The notes below the pieces were generated by a model, which did no database searches, was not told where the DNA came from, and was given only the letters and a program-made list of their open reading frames with translations. This document shows positions 48,379 through 59,905 of a stretch of 64,000 nt of DNA, piece after piece (the stretch's first letter is position 1; each line of letters opens with the position of its first letter). Origin of the DNA: Candidatus Subterrananammoxibius californiae (lineage in GTDB: Bacteria; Planctomycetota; Brocadiia; Brocadiales; Subterrananammoxibiaceae); contig JAURAC010000011.1 in the NCBI GenBank assembly GCA_030586555.1, positions 17,604 through 81,603 of the forward strand, written 5' to 3'. A program made the position numbers and the translations under genes.

Positions 48379-50307
48379 TTAAAATTTGGAATTCAGGGCT
48401 TCGATTTTACTTGCAGAAACTGTTTCAATCGCCTCGCCAACCGTAACGGTGGGTGTTAGCAAGATTACAAGGTCTGTCTTTTCCTTTGTGCGTTTGATAT
48501 TCTTAAAAAGCCATCCAAGGTAAGGAATATTTCCAAGTACAGGAACTTTTTGCTCATTTATCTTTTCTTCGTCCTTCATTAGACCTGCAATAACAACCGT
48601 TTCTCCATCCCTTGCCTTGATAACCGTATCAGCCTCCCGCACCGTGTAGTTTGGCGCTATCACGTCGCCTGCTGGAGACGTCACATCCGTTAGCTTCTCT
48701 GTAACGGTGGGATGTATATTCATGGTAATGCCACCTGAGGGGCTTATTTGGGGCGTAACGTCAAGCGTAACCCCGAGGGAGACATAAAATGGTACGCTTA
48801 CAGTTTGAAATACAGGGTTGCCTGCCGTATCAGAGCCTACCCTGACCTTTTCAACCTTGAAGAAAACATCCTGCGTTCCAACATTAATAACCGCCTTCTG
48901 GTTATTAAGGGTAGAAATCTTAGGACTCGAAAGTACGTTTACCTTCCCCTGTTCCGATAATGCCTCAATTAAGGCGCTCAGATCCCTTGAGGTAAGAGTA
49001 GCCTGAAAGATTCCGCTAATATCGGGTGAAGGGATTTGTTTAATATTTATGGAAGGGCTTTTAAACCTGCGGACAATTACATCCCAATCTATGCCATACT
49101 GAAATTCATCGTTCAGCGTGACTTCTATTACCTTTGCCTGGATTAAAACCTGTCTGTGAACGGAGCCCTCGACGGTTTCAAGATATTCAGCGACCTTTTG
49201 CATTGTATCCGGGAAGGCAGTAACAAAGACGGTTCCCGCCTGTCTGTTAACTGTAAATACCTCTTCCCAGCCAGTTAACCTGTTCTCGGACCTCCACGCT
49301 CTCTGCCAGTCACGCCTTCTATGAAACCCTTCTTCCCTCCCAGCGCCTGCCCCCAATCTTCCTCCTGCTGCTTCTACTTCTGAAATGCCACCGAAGCCAA
49401 CACCAAAAGAAATAAGACCAAGGCTTTCTAACCCAGTCTCTATTTCTGTAAAGATATCCTCTGAGTCTAAGCCGTATATATTAGTGCCGCCCACCGATAT
49501 TTCTCTTGTGACAGTCTGTCCGGCAAGACCCGCCTGTGGGGCAAGTTGCCAGTTACCTGTTTGTGCCTCTGTACCGCTGATGCCAACACTCATAGTTCGT
49601 TCACCATCGCGCCGAGTAATGACGTAATTGAGATGAAATATACGGGTTATTGTACAAAGCTTAGAAACCCTTATAACATTATCTTCCACCTTATATTCCA
49701 ACTTGAGTGGTGTTAGCAGGGCATCGAGCGCCTCAAAGAGCGTTACATCCTTGAGGTCTGCAGTGACGAGCCTTGTTCTCCTTTTTTCCGTCCACCTTTT
49801 TTGGATTTGCTTTCCTATCCCCCTTTCAGCCCCCTGGGCATCTATTCCCCTCCTGATACCGGCAATAGATTCCTCATACTCTCCCCTGCCCAAATCTTTT
49901 ATTTCTATTTCTTCTAAGGGTTCTTTTTCAATGTCTATGTCAGGGTCAACGATAATACTGATATTACTTTCCTTACCGAGGCTCATCAATACGTCCCTGA
50001 CATCCGCATCCCTCACGCACAGTGTATATAATTTGGCAGGGTGTGCTTGCTCGATATTTTCCTCGAGCTGGAGGGCAGGCAGGGACGCAAGATTTTGTAC
50101 CCCTGCAGAGTCCGGAGTCATGCGTCTTGTAGGGGCAAACGGCGTTTGCCCTTCTCCTGACTCTTGACTCGTCTGATATGTAACCTGTGGGATTTCTGCG
50201 GGTGGGATTGACTTACAACCTGTGATAAGACCTAACATGAAAAACGATAAGAATAAGAGAGATGATACCGATTTGATATTCCACTGGCAATTATTTTGCA
50301 TTGCCAC
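48379..50307 (-). CDS. Secretin (MshL/type II-like) lipoprotein
   Basis: Lipobox ITGC; QVLIQAKVIEV, LSSPKISTLNNQKA, DGETVVIAGL, KVPVLGNIP.LG.LF, LVILLTP. Confidence 0.9.
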   Translation of the reverse strand: MAMQNNCQWNIKSVSSLLFLSFFMLGLITGCKSIPPAEIPQVTYQTSQESGEGQTPFAPTRRMTPDSAGVQNLASLPALQLEENIEQAHPAKLYTLCVRDADVRDVLMSLGKESNISIIVDPDIDIEKEPLEEIEIKDLGRGEYEESIAGIRRGIDAQGAERGIGKQIQKRWTEKRRTRLVTADLKDVTLFEALDALLTPLKLEYKVEDNVIRVSKLCTITRIFHLNYVITRRDGERTMSVGISGTEAQTGNWQLAPQAGLAGQTVTREISVGGTNIYGLDSEDIFTEIETGLESLGLISFGVGFGGISEVEAAGGRLGAGAGREEGFHRRRDWQRAWRSENRLTGWEEVFTVNRQAGTVFVTAFPDTMQKVAEYLETVEGSVHRQVLIQAKVIEVTLNDEFQYGIDWDVIVRRFKSPSINIKQIPSPDISGIFQATLTSRDLSALIEALSEQGKVNVLSSPKISTLNNQKAVINVGTQDVFFKVEKVRVGSDTAGNPVFQTVSVPFYVSLGVTLDVTPQISPSGGITMNIHPTVTEKLTDVTSPAGDVIAPNYTVREADTVIKARDGETVVIAGLMKDEEKINEQKVPVLGNIPYLGWLFKNIKRTKEKTDLVILLTPTVTVGEAIETVSASKIEALNSKF

Positions 50308-50511
50308 TTTCTCCTTTTCAGTTCGCCGAAGGTTGGAAATGGCGTATATGAGGTATGCGCATATTAAAGCACAAGATTATACAAAGTCAAGCATAAAAAT
50401 CTTTTTCTGAGTACGATTTCTCCTTGACCCAGAATCAATTCCATAGTAATATTGCGTCCAGTGGCAACCTCCCGTGGCGTATGGGAGGTACACACCCCTA
50501 AAGGATAAAAA

Positions 50512-52191
50512 ATGGCAACGTTGAACTTCAAGGGAAAGACGTTTGTCCAGAATCATCATCTGACTGTAAAGTATCATCAACTTGTACCCAAGAAAGATAA
50601 AAGCCTTACGGACAAGGTTAGCCTTAATGATAATCTGATAGTTCATGGGGATAACCTTAAGGCGCTTAAAGCCCTCCTTCCTACCTATGCAGGCAAGGTG
50701 AAGTGTATCTACATTGATCCTCCATATAATACAGGCAATGAAAGATGGGTTTATAACGACAACGTGAACAGCCCAATGATGCAGGAATGGCTTGGTAAAA
50801 TAGTAGATAGAGAAGATTTAACCCGCCACGACAAATGGCTCTGCATGATGATGCCGAGATTGAAACTTCTGAAGGAATTATTAAGAGAAGATGGGGTTGT
50901 TTTTGTAAGTATAGACAACAACGAAATACATCATCTAATGATGCTTATGGATGAAGTCTTTCAAGGAAATTTCGTGGGAGCTTTAATTTGGAGGAAAAAG
51001 GAAGGCGGCGGCCAAACCGATGATTATTTCGTAACGGAACATGAATACATTTTGGTATACGCTAAATCTCCAGAATTCAAATGGTTTGACGAAATAGTTC
51101 CCGTTGACGTGGCTAAATTTAACAAAGAAGACTCTAAAGGTAAATTTGATGCTGTAAAACTTGCAAAATGGGGTAGCGGAGCGCGAAGAGAAGACCGGCC
51201 CACAATGTACTTCTCAATTAAGTCGCCAGACGGTAAAAATATATTCCCAATTGCTCCTGACGGCAGTGAAGGACGATGGAGAGTTGGTAAAGTAAGGATG
51301 AACAGCCTAATAGAAAATGATCTAATTTATTGGGAGAAGAAAAATGGAGAATGGATTCCTTACGAGAAAATCTACTACGAAGAAGAAGCCGTGAAAAAAA
51401 TAAAGGAAAGAAGTATCTTATATGAATTAGCGACCACAGGAGACGCAACAAAAATGTTAACGGCTATATTTGGTAAAAAGGATGTATTCGAAAATGTAAA
51501 ACCAGTTGAATTAGTAAAGTTTTTTATTCGTTATACTTCTAATAAAAACTCTATTGTCTTAGACTCCTTTGCTGGCTCTGGCACAACTGCCCATGCTGTT
51601 CTGGATTTAAACAAAGAGGACGGGGGCAATCGCAGGTTTATTTTGGTTGAGTGTGAGGATTATGCGAATGAAATTACTGCGGAAAGGGTGAGGAGGGTTA
51701 TAAAAAGCAAATATCAAATATCAAATATCAAAAATACATATCAAAATCCAAAAACCTCTTCCTTATTGCCTATTCCCTATTCCCCTAATATCGTGGAAGG
51801 GCTTGACGGCACGTTCAGCTATTTTGAACTTGGCGACCCGATTGAGATGGAAAGTATCCTTGAAGGCGATAAACTGCCCAGCTATCTTGAACTTGCCCGA
51901 TATGTCTTTTATACGGCAACAGGCGAGGAATTTGACCCTGAAAAGGTTGACGAAAAGAAAAACTTTATCGGGGAATCGAGAGAATACGAAGTTTATCTGT
52001 TCTATAAGCCCGATATAGAGTATCTCAAGTCAACCGCACTCACACTCGACAGGGCAAAAAACTTAGGAAAATATAATGGCAAAAAGCGACTGGTCTTTGC
52101 ACCAAGCAAATATCTTGACACTGATTACCTTTTAGAATACCGTATTGATTACTGCCAGTTGCCGTTTGAGATTTATAAATTGAAGGAGTAA
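50512..52191 (+). CDS. mod: Type III RM methyltransferase (Mod)
   Basis: GDNL, YIDPPYNTG, LDSFAGSGTT. Confidence 0.9.
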   Translation: MATLNFKGKTFVQNHHLTVKYHQLVPKKDKSLTDKVSLNDNLIVHGDNLKALKALLPTYAGKVKCIYIDPPYNTGNERWVYNDNVNSPMMQEWLGKIVDREDLTRHDKWLCMMMPRLKLLKELLREDGVVFVSIDNNEIHHLMMLMDEVFQGNFVGALIWRKKEGGGQTDDYFVTEHEYILVYAKSPEFKWFDEIVPVDVAKFNKEDSKGKFDAVKLAKWGSGARREDRPTMYFSIKSPDGKNIFPIAPDGSEGRWRVGKVRMNSLIENDLIYWEKKNGEWIPYEKIYYEEEAVKKIKERSILYELATTGDATKMLTAIFGKKDVFENVKPVELVKFFIRYTSNKNSIVLDSFAGSGTTAHAVLDLNKEDGGNRRFILVECEDYANEITAERVRRVIKSKYQISNIKNTYQNPKTSSLLPIPYSPNIVEGLDGTFSYFELGDPIEMESILEGDKLPSYLELARYVFYTATGEEFDPEKVDEKKNFIGESREYEVYLFYKPDIEYLKSTALTLDRAKNLGKYNGKKRLVFAPSKYLDTDYLLEYRIDYCQLPFEIYKLKE

Positions 52192-52237
52192 CACACCCCT
52201 TAATCCCCCTCTTTTTAGAGGGGAAATAGAATGCGCT

Positions 52238-54751
52238 ATGGAACTTAAAGATTATCAAAGAAAGACATTAGAGCAGGTTAAGCGTTATCTTGAGACGCTT
52301 GCCGAATGTAAGGCAAAGAATGAAAAGGCAATAGCGATAGACCCTGAACTTTCAATTAACTTTCCTTTAAAAGCCTGGGAAAAAGTCGTCAGCGAAACTT
52401 ATTATCCCAAGAAAAATGGATTAGGTGAGGAGTTGCCAAACTTCTACCTTAAAATTCCCACAGGTGGAGGTAAAACAATACTTGCATGTCATACCATTGA
52501 TTTAATAAACAGGATTTATCTCAAGAAGCAAACAGGGATTGTTCTGTGGATTGTGCCAACCACGCAGATTTATAGGCAGACGCTTGTAAATTTAAAAAAT
52601 CGTGAACATCCTTATCGTCAGGTTCTGGATATAGCAAGCGGTGGAAGGACGGTTATCTTAGAGAAGATGGATAGATTCACCAAATTAGATGTAGAGGAAA
52701 ATCTTGTTGTAATGCTTTTGATGCTCCCATCTGCAAGCAGACAGAATAAAGAGGTTTTGAAGGTGTTCAAGGATAGCGGTGGGTTTGTTGAATTCTTTCC
52801 TGATGAAGATGATAGAGCGGGAAACGAAAAGATTTTGAAGGAATTTCCTAATTTAGATTACTTTGATTATGAGGATGGAATCTTTGGAAGGGTTGTAAAA
52901 ACGTCTCTTGGGAATACCTTGAGGGTCTTAAAGCCGATAATCATTATTGACGAGGGGCATAAGGCATATAGTGAAACTGCACAAAAGACAGTCAGAAATT
53001 TTAACCCTTCAATAGTTGTGGAATTATCAGCCACACCGCCTCAAAACAGTAATATTCTGGTCAATATCAGCGGACAGGAACTTAATCTGGAGGATATGAT
53101 AAAACTTGATTTACATATAACCAATAAGGCGAGCCTTGAGTGGCAAGACGCTATGCGTGCGGCTTTAGAAAGAAGAAATTTGTTGGAACAAAAAGCAAAA
53201 GAATATAAGGCAAATACGGGTGAGTATATACGTCCTATTTGTCTAATACAGGCGGAACGAACTGGAAAAGACCAAAGAGGCACAAGATATATCCATGCAG
53301 AGGATGTCAAAGAATATTTAATCAAGCAATGCGGAATTTCGGTGGAAGAAATAGCGATAAAAAGCAGTGAAAAGGATGATATCGAGGGGATTGACCTTTT
53401 AAGCGAAGGCTCTCCAATTCGCTATATCATTACCAAGCAAGCATTACAGGAAGGGTGGGATTGTGCCTTTGCCTATATTCTCACAATCTTAACTAATCCA
53501 GGTTCGCAACTTAGTATTACACAGTTAGTAGGAAGGATTTTAAGGCAGCCAAAGGCAAGAAAAACAAAGGTAAAGGAACTTGATGAGAGTTATGTCTTTT
53601 GTTTTCGCCCAAAAGCAACGGAACTTTTAGAAAATGTGAAAAGAGGTTTTGAGGATGAAGGACTTGGAGATTTAGCTGGAAGAGTTTCAGTTGATGAAGG
53701 GGATACAGAAAGCATAGTGGCGACAAAAGTGAGGACTATTGGTTATAGAGAAAGGTTTAAAAAATTTGAGGGAAAGATTTATCTGCCAAAATTTGTTATG
53801 CAAGAAAGCGCTGATTGGCGGGATGTTAATTACGAGATGGATATTTTAAGTAGGGTTGACTGGAGAAAAGTTAATCTTGAAGAATTAAAAAATATTTCAC
53901 TTTCAGAAATTAAATCCAAAGAAGAAAAAATTACCGTTGGGCTTGGCGATAAAGAGGAAGTAATTAAAACAAAAGATGTTGTTTTTGTAGAAGGTGGGTT
54001 GGAAATTAACAAGGTTTTTATAACACGTCAAATTCTGGATATTGTACCGAATCCATGGGTAGCATACGATATTGGTAAAAAAGGAATAGATATATTCTTA
54101 GCAAAGTATGATGAGAAAACTGTTACTAATAATCTTGTTTTCATCATTGAAAAATTAAGAGAGTGTCTTGAGAAAGAAAGGGATGGGTTAGCTGAACAGG
54201 TATTTAGAGCGTTGGTTAAGCAAAAAGTCTTATGGTTCTTTTTGCTTTCAGACAGAGGTGGATACAAATTGCCAAGCCACATAAAAGTGAAAAACAACTC
54301 TAAAGCACTTGTGCGAAGTGATAATACGCCAATACAACGAAGCCTGTTTGATTTTGTGCCAGAGGAAGAGTTTAACGATATGGAAAAGTCAGTGGCAATT
54401 TATCTTGATGAGCAGGAAAAACTCCTGTGGTGGTATAGGAACTTATCAAGGCAAGATTATCATGTTCAAGGTTGGAAGAAACATAAAATTTATCCTGATT
54501 TTGTTTTTACTGATACCGATGACAAAAAACAAGACGACTATAACAAGGTGTATGTAGTTGAGACAAAGGGTGTACATCTGATGAATGAAGACACAGATTA
54601 CAAAAAGAATGTTTTTGATTTCTGTAATAAATTGGGACGACAAAAAGATTGGAGAGAATTGAATTTAGAGTTTGCCGAGAAAAAAATTGAGTTTCAAGTG
54701 ATATTTGAAAAAGAATGGCAGGCGAGGATTAATGAAATATTCGGGATTTAA
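52238..54751 (+). CDS. res: Type III RM helicase/endonuclease (Res)
   Basis: LKDYQ, PTGGGKT, DEGH, LSATP, LQEGWD, QLVGRILR, YPDF...VETKG. Confidence 0.88.
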   Translation: MELKDYQRKTLEQVKRYLETLAECKAKNEKAIAIDPELSINFPLKAWEKVVSETYYPKKNGLGEELPNFYLKIPTGGGKTILACHTIDLINRIYLKKQTGIVLWIVPTTQIYRQTLVNLKNREHPYRQVLDIASGGRTVILEKMDRFTKLDVEENLVVMLLMLPSASRQNKEVLKVFKDSGGFVEFFPDEDDRAGNEKILKEFPNLDYFDYEDGIFGRVVKTSLGNTLRVLKPIIIIDEGHKAYSETAQKTVRNFNPSIVVELSATPPQNSNILVNISGQELNLEDMIKLDLHITNKASLEWQDAMRAALERRNLLEQKAKEYKANTGEYIRPICLIQAERTGKDQRGTRYIHAEDVKEYLIKQCGISVEEIAIKSSEKDDIEGIDLLSEGSPIRYIITKQALQEGWDCAFAYILTILTNPGSQLSITQLVGRILRQPKARKTKVKELDESYVFCFRPKATELLENVKRGFEDEGLGDLAGRVSVDEGDTESIVATKVRTIGYRERFKKFEGKIYLPKFVMQESADWRDVNYEMDILSRVDWRKVNLEELKNISLSEIKSKEEKITVGLGDKEEVIKTKDVVFVEGGLEINKVFITRQILDIVPNPWVAYDIGKKGIDIFLAKYDEKTVTNNLVFIIEKLRECLEKERDGLAEQVFRALVKQKVLWFFLLSDRGGYKLPSHIKVKNNSKALVRSDNTPIQRSLFDFVPEEEFNDMEKSVAIYLDEQEKLLWWYRNLSRQDYHVQGWKKHKIYPDFVFTDTDDKKQDDYNKVYVVETKGVHLMNEDTDYKKNVFDFCNKLGRQKDWRELNLEFAEKKIEFQVIFEKEWQARINEIFGI

Positions 54752-54798
54752 TGTGGTAAAAATAGAAACGGCCACAAAACACAAACTCCCATCAGTAT

Positions 54799-54827
54799 AA
54801 AAAGCAAGTTCGTGGGACTTGCTTTTT
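54799..54827. terminator. Hairpin AAAAAGCAAGT...ACTTGCTTTTT between convergent genes
   Basis: Inverted repeat with A/T tails; the same motif recurs inside bioF at ~55122-55148. Confidence 0.6.
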
Positions 54828-54830
54828 ATG

Positions 54831-56126
<1,296 letters not shown>

Positions 56127-56145
56127 AAATTTTTTAAAAATTTAT

Positions 56146-56173
56146 TTGACAAATAGTCAACTTATGGTATAAT
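56146..56173 (+). promoter_or_regulatory. Sigma70-type promoter
   Basis: TTGACA-16bp-TATAAT with extended TG. Confidence 0.6.
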
Positions 56174-56233
56174 TATACTTAATTAATACTATATATAGTC
56201 TCACCAGCTTTAACCAGAAAGCGAGGCTTGGAT

Positions 56234-56449
56234 ATGGAAGAACATTTAAGACGTTTAATGGCACAAATAGAAACCGAGCATGGTCTGGCATATTTAAAAG
56301 AGGCGTTGCCTCATGTTGAGGAGTTACAAAGCATACAGGCAAAGTTAGTGCACAATTTTTATAGCGCCCTACGTCAGGAAGGCTTCACAAAGACAGAAGC
56401 GCTCGAAATTGTAAAGGTGCAGGGCATTGGGATAAGTATTGACTCATGA
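56234..56449 (+). CDS. Small hypothetical protein
   Basis: FYSALRQEGFTKTEALEIV; lies downstream of a clear promoter. Confidence 0.55.
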   Translation: MEEHLRRLMAQIETEHGLAYLKEALPHVEELQSIQAKLVHNFYSALRQEGFTKTEALEIVKVQGIGISIDS

Positions 56450-56916
56450 TATTTGGAGTGCACCGACCTTATCAATGTAAAACGTAACGACACGACCGTT
56501 GCACTCTATAGCTTTTAGAACGTTGCCTTTAGAGGCTAACTATTTACATCCAAAACCCTTACCTTTTAACCACACCCCGTCACTGATACTCACGATTTTT
56601 ACGTTTTCCACCTCTCCAACCCATTACCTTTATTTGGAAATTTGTGAGTCAAGTATATCGCATGAATTTGCTTTGTCAAGATTTATTCGGTATTAAACCA
56701 TCGCTTATATCCGAATAAAAAGTTTGTAATAAGTTACTTGCAAATGAAAAGATGAATCTGTATAATTCTTAGCCAAAAGCAAGTCCAGTCCCGATGGCAG
56801 TCTCATTGCTACATGCTCATGGGGCGACGAAAGAATTCTTCTATCGGGACGCAAATCGGGTAATAGCATTTTTGAAATTCGAACTTCGAATTTCGAACTT
56901 TCGAGGGTGGTGGGGC

Positions 56917-58653
56917 ATGGCAGTCAAAAACCATTTGCGCCTCGGCGAAAGGCTAATTAACGCTGGTATCCTCACCGAAGACCAACTTGACCTGGCGCTA
57001 AAAGAGCAAAAAAGGACTTCGGAACTCCTTGGCATGGTACTTGTTGGACTTGGCTTTCTAACCCAGGATGCCGTCGCCTCTGCCCTTGCAGCGGAGGCAG
57101 GCGCACATCATATAGAGCTAAAAAGTTGTCCTGCCGTTGAACAAGAAGCACTTGAACTTGTGCCCGAATCATTCGCCCGTCAATATATCCTGATTCCTTT
57201 GTCCATTAAAAATGGTCGTCTTGTTGTTGCTATGGAGAACGTCTTTGACGTTGTAATCATAGATGAACTTCAACGGATGACAAACTGTGCGGTTGAAGCT
57301 GTTTCAGCAGTAGAGACTGATATTCTCATGGCGATAGACCGTTTTTATACAGGGAATGAGGTGGCAAGATGCATAGGAATAACCAAAGGTACTAATGACC
57401 TCCTTGAGGAAAGTATCAGGCTGGCAGAGGATGAGTCCAGAGTCCAAAGTCCAGAGTCTGGAGTCAAGGCTTATGACGCAAGACTCAAGACTCCTGACTC
57501 AAGACTCAGCAGGTTGGTTGACCAACTCATTACCCTCGGACTGAAAGAAAATGCCACTGATATTCATATCGAGCCCGAAGAGAAACTCCTGAGGGTTCGC
57601 TACAGGATTGATGGAGTACTGCGCTCAGGGCCCTCCCTCCCCAAGGGTTTGCAGTCTGCAATCACAATCCGCATAAAGATTATGTCCAACATGAATATCT
57701 CTGAATCACGATTGCCCCAGGATGGCAGAACAAAGTTTAACATCGGAAGGAGAGAGATTGACCTCAGGGTTTCAACCTATCCAACAGTATGGGGTGAAAA
57801 CCTTGCCTTGCGCATCCTGCAAAAAGAAAAGCTTGTGCTCGGTCTTGAGCATCTCGGCCTTTCCCTCGATAACCTCATATTATTTAGAAAGGTTATAGAA
57901 AATCCACATGGAATTATCCTGGTTACAGGACCTACTGGCTCTGGCAAGACAACAACCCTTTATTCCACATTATCATATCTTAACTCACTTTCCAGAAATA
58001 TTATTACAATAGAAGACCCTGTAGAGTACAGGCTTCCAATAATCCGTCAATCGCAGATAAATGTAAAGGCAGGCTTGACCTTTCCCGTTGGTTTAAGAGC
58101 AATACTCAGACACGACCCCGATGTAATCCTAGTTGGTGAAATCAGGGATTACGAGACGGCTGAGGTGGCTGTACGTGCTGCACTAACAGGGCATCTTGTC
58201 TTTAGTACCTTGCATACAAACGATGCTATGGGGGCTATACCCCGTTTGCTTGATATGAAGGTTGAGTCCTTCCTGCTGGCAGCATCCCTTATTGCGGTCA
58301 TTGCTCAAAGATTGGTAAGGGTTATTTGTAATAACTGTAAGATGCCAACCACACCAGATGATGCCCTCCTTAAAGAAATAGGTTGGACGGATAGGGCTAA
58401 TAATGTACTATTCTATAAGGGCAAAGGATGCGGAAATTGCGGTAGAACCGGCTATAAGGGACGTATTGGGATATTTGAACTGCTTGTCGTTACGCCGGAG
58501 GTCAAGGAATTAATAGCAAAGAGGGCTGATACTGATAAGATTAAAATGGCAGTCTCTGTGCAGGGAACGAAGACATTGAGAGAAGACGGATTCGAAAAGG
58601 TAAGAGGCGGAATCACTACACTGGAAGAAGTACTAAGGGTGACATCAAGGTAA
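56917..58653 (+). CDS. GspE/PilB/MshE-family assembly ATPase with N-terminal MshEN motif
   Basis: RLGERLINAGILTEDQLDLALKEQ, ATDIHIEP, GPTGSGKTTTLY, EDPVE, DPDVILVGEIRD, GHLVFSTLHTND, CxxC...CxxC. Confidence 0.92.
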   Translation: MAVKNHLRLGERLINAGILTEDQLDLALKEQKRTSELLGMVLVGLGFLTQDAVASALAAEAGAHHIELKSCPAVEQEALELVPESFARQYILIPLSIKNGRLVVAMENVFDVVIIDELQRMTNCAVEAVSAVETDILMAIDRFYTGNEVARCIGITKGTNDLLEESIRLAEDESRVQSPESGVKAYDARLKTPDSRLSRLVDQLITLGLKENATDIHIEPEEKLLRVRYRIDGVLRSGPSLPKGLQSAITIRIKIMSNMNISESRLPQDGRTKFNIGRREIDLRVSTYPTVWGENLALRILQKEKLVLGLEHLGLSLDNLILFRKVIENPHGIILVTGPTGSGKTTTLYSTLSYLNSLSRNIITIEDPVEYRLPIIRQSQINVKAGLTFPVGLRAILRHDPDVILVGEIRDYETAEVAVRAALTGHLVFSTLHTNDAMGAIPRLLDMKVESFLLAASLIAVIAQRLVRVICNNCKMPTTPDDALLKEIGWTDRANNVLFYKGKGCGNCGRTGYKGRIGIFELLVVTPEVKELIAKRADTDKIKMAVSVQGTKTLREDGFEKVRGGITTLEEVLRVTSR

Positions 58654-58683
58654 CCTACCTTTTTCCCAAAAAGGTAAGAAAGA

Positions 58684-59904
58684 ATGACTCCGATGCCACA
58701 ATTTACATACACGGCAAAGGATGATTACGGAAGGACAATTAATGGCGCCCTGGAGGCGGATACGGAGTATTCATTAGCAAAAACCCTCCACATGTCTGGT
58801 TATTACCTCATTTCAGCTAAACCTACCAGAAAGAGTAAAATCCACAAATCTCCATTCGTATCAAAAAGAGTCAAGAAAAGGGAGATAATCACGTTTAGCC
58901 TGCATCTTGCAAGCGCACTATCTGCCGGTATCCCTATCCTTGAGGCACTCCAGGACATCGAGGCGCAGACCAATAATGTTACTTTCAGGGCAGTCGTTAA
59001 AGATATATATAACAGCATCCGCTCTGGCGCAAAGCTCTCAGACGCACTTATGCGACACCCTGGTACATTTTCCCAATTATATTGTAATATAATAATGGCG
59101 GGAGAGGTGTCAGGAAACCTTGATGCCGTATTGCACGATTTAACAGCATTTCTCGAATGGGAAGAAGAAATGAAAGGAAATGTTAAGCAGGCTATCATTT
59201 ACCCTGCCATTGTCCTTTCCGCAGCAACCCTTTTAGTTGCCTTTTTGTTTACAGTAGTCTTTCCAAAGTTTACAAAGATACTCATTGATTTGAATGTCAA
59301 GCTCCCCTTGCCTACAAGAATCATTATAACGATAAGTGAGCTTTTCCGTGATTACTGGCCACTCATGGCTCTTGGGGTAGTAGGGATAGTAACTGCCTAC
59401 TATCTGCTTGTGAGATGGAATGCAGGAAGGCTTTTTGTTGATAGAACAAAGCTGAGTTTGCCCATTTTTGGAACCCTTATCAGCAAGATTGCCTTATCAC
59501 GTTTCGCCCACTTTCTCGGTATACTCTTTGCATCCGGGACAGATATTTCCCATGCACTTACAGTGGTTGAAGGAGTCGTGGGAAATGCTGTACTTGCACG
59601 TGTCGTAAAGAACGCAAGGGATGCCGTTCGTGCTGGACAACGTTTATCAGAGCCTTTAAGGGTAAGCGGCGAGTTACCTCCCCTGGTGGTTCGTATGGTT
59701 GAAATTGGTGAGACGAGCGGTGAGATGGACAAGGCGCTTGCTAAGGTAAGCCAATATTACGACCGTGAGGTGCCTGCTACTATAAAAAAGGTGATGGCTG
59801 CTTTCGAACCTGCAATGGTGGTTGGATTAGGTGGCATAGTGCTCTTGATAGCGCTTTCCATGTATCTTCCTTTGTATAGTTCATTGGCGCACCTGGGAAA
59901 ATAA
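58684..59904 (+). CDS. GspF/PilC-family inner-membrane platform protein
   Basis: AGEVSGNL, AIIYP, LPLPT, GETSGEMD, EP..V. Confidence 0.92.
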   Translation: MTPMPQFTYTAKDDYGRTINGALEADTEYSLAKTLHMSGYYLISAKPTRKSKIHKSPFVSKRVKKREIITFSLHLASALSAGIPILEALQDIEAQTNNVTFRAVVKDIYNSIRSGAKLSDALMRHPGTFSQLYCNIIMAGEVSGNLDAVLHDLTAFLEWEEEMKGNVKQAIIYPAIVLSAATLLVAFLFTVVFPKFTKILIDLNVKLPLPTRIIITISELFRDYWPLMALGVVGIVTAYYLLVRWNAGRLFVDRTKLSLPIFGTLISKIALSRFAHFLGILFASGTDISHALTVVEGVVGNAVLARVVKNARDAVRAGQRLSEPLRVSGELPPLVVRMVEIGETSGEMDKALAKVSQYYDREVPATIKKVMAAFEPAMVVGLGGIVLLIALSMYLPLYSSLAHLGK

Positions 59905-59905
59905 T

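Noticed and set aside
56830..56870. c-di-GMP-I riboswitch suggested by GGGACGCAAA upstream of the pilus ATPase
   Set aside because: The expected GGCAAAC...GAAA stem and downstream AAAGC are missing; the match is explained by a GTCCCGAT...ATCGGGAC inverted repeat. An Rfam scan would settle it.
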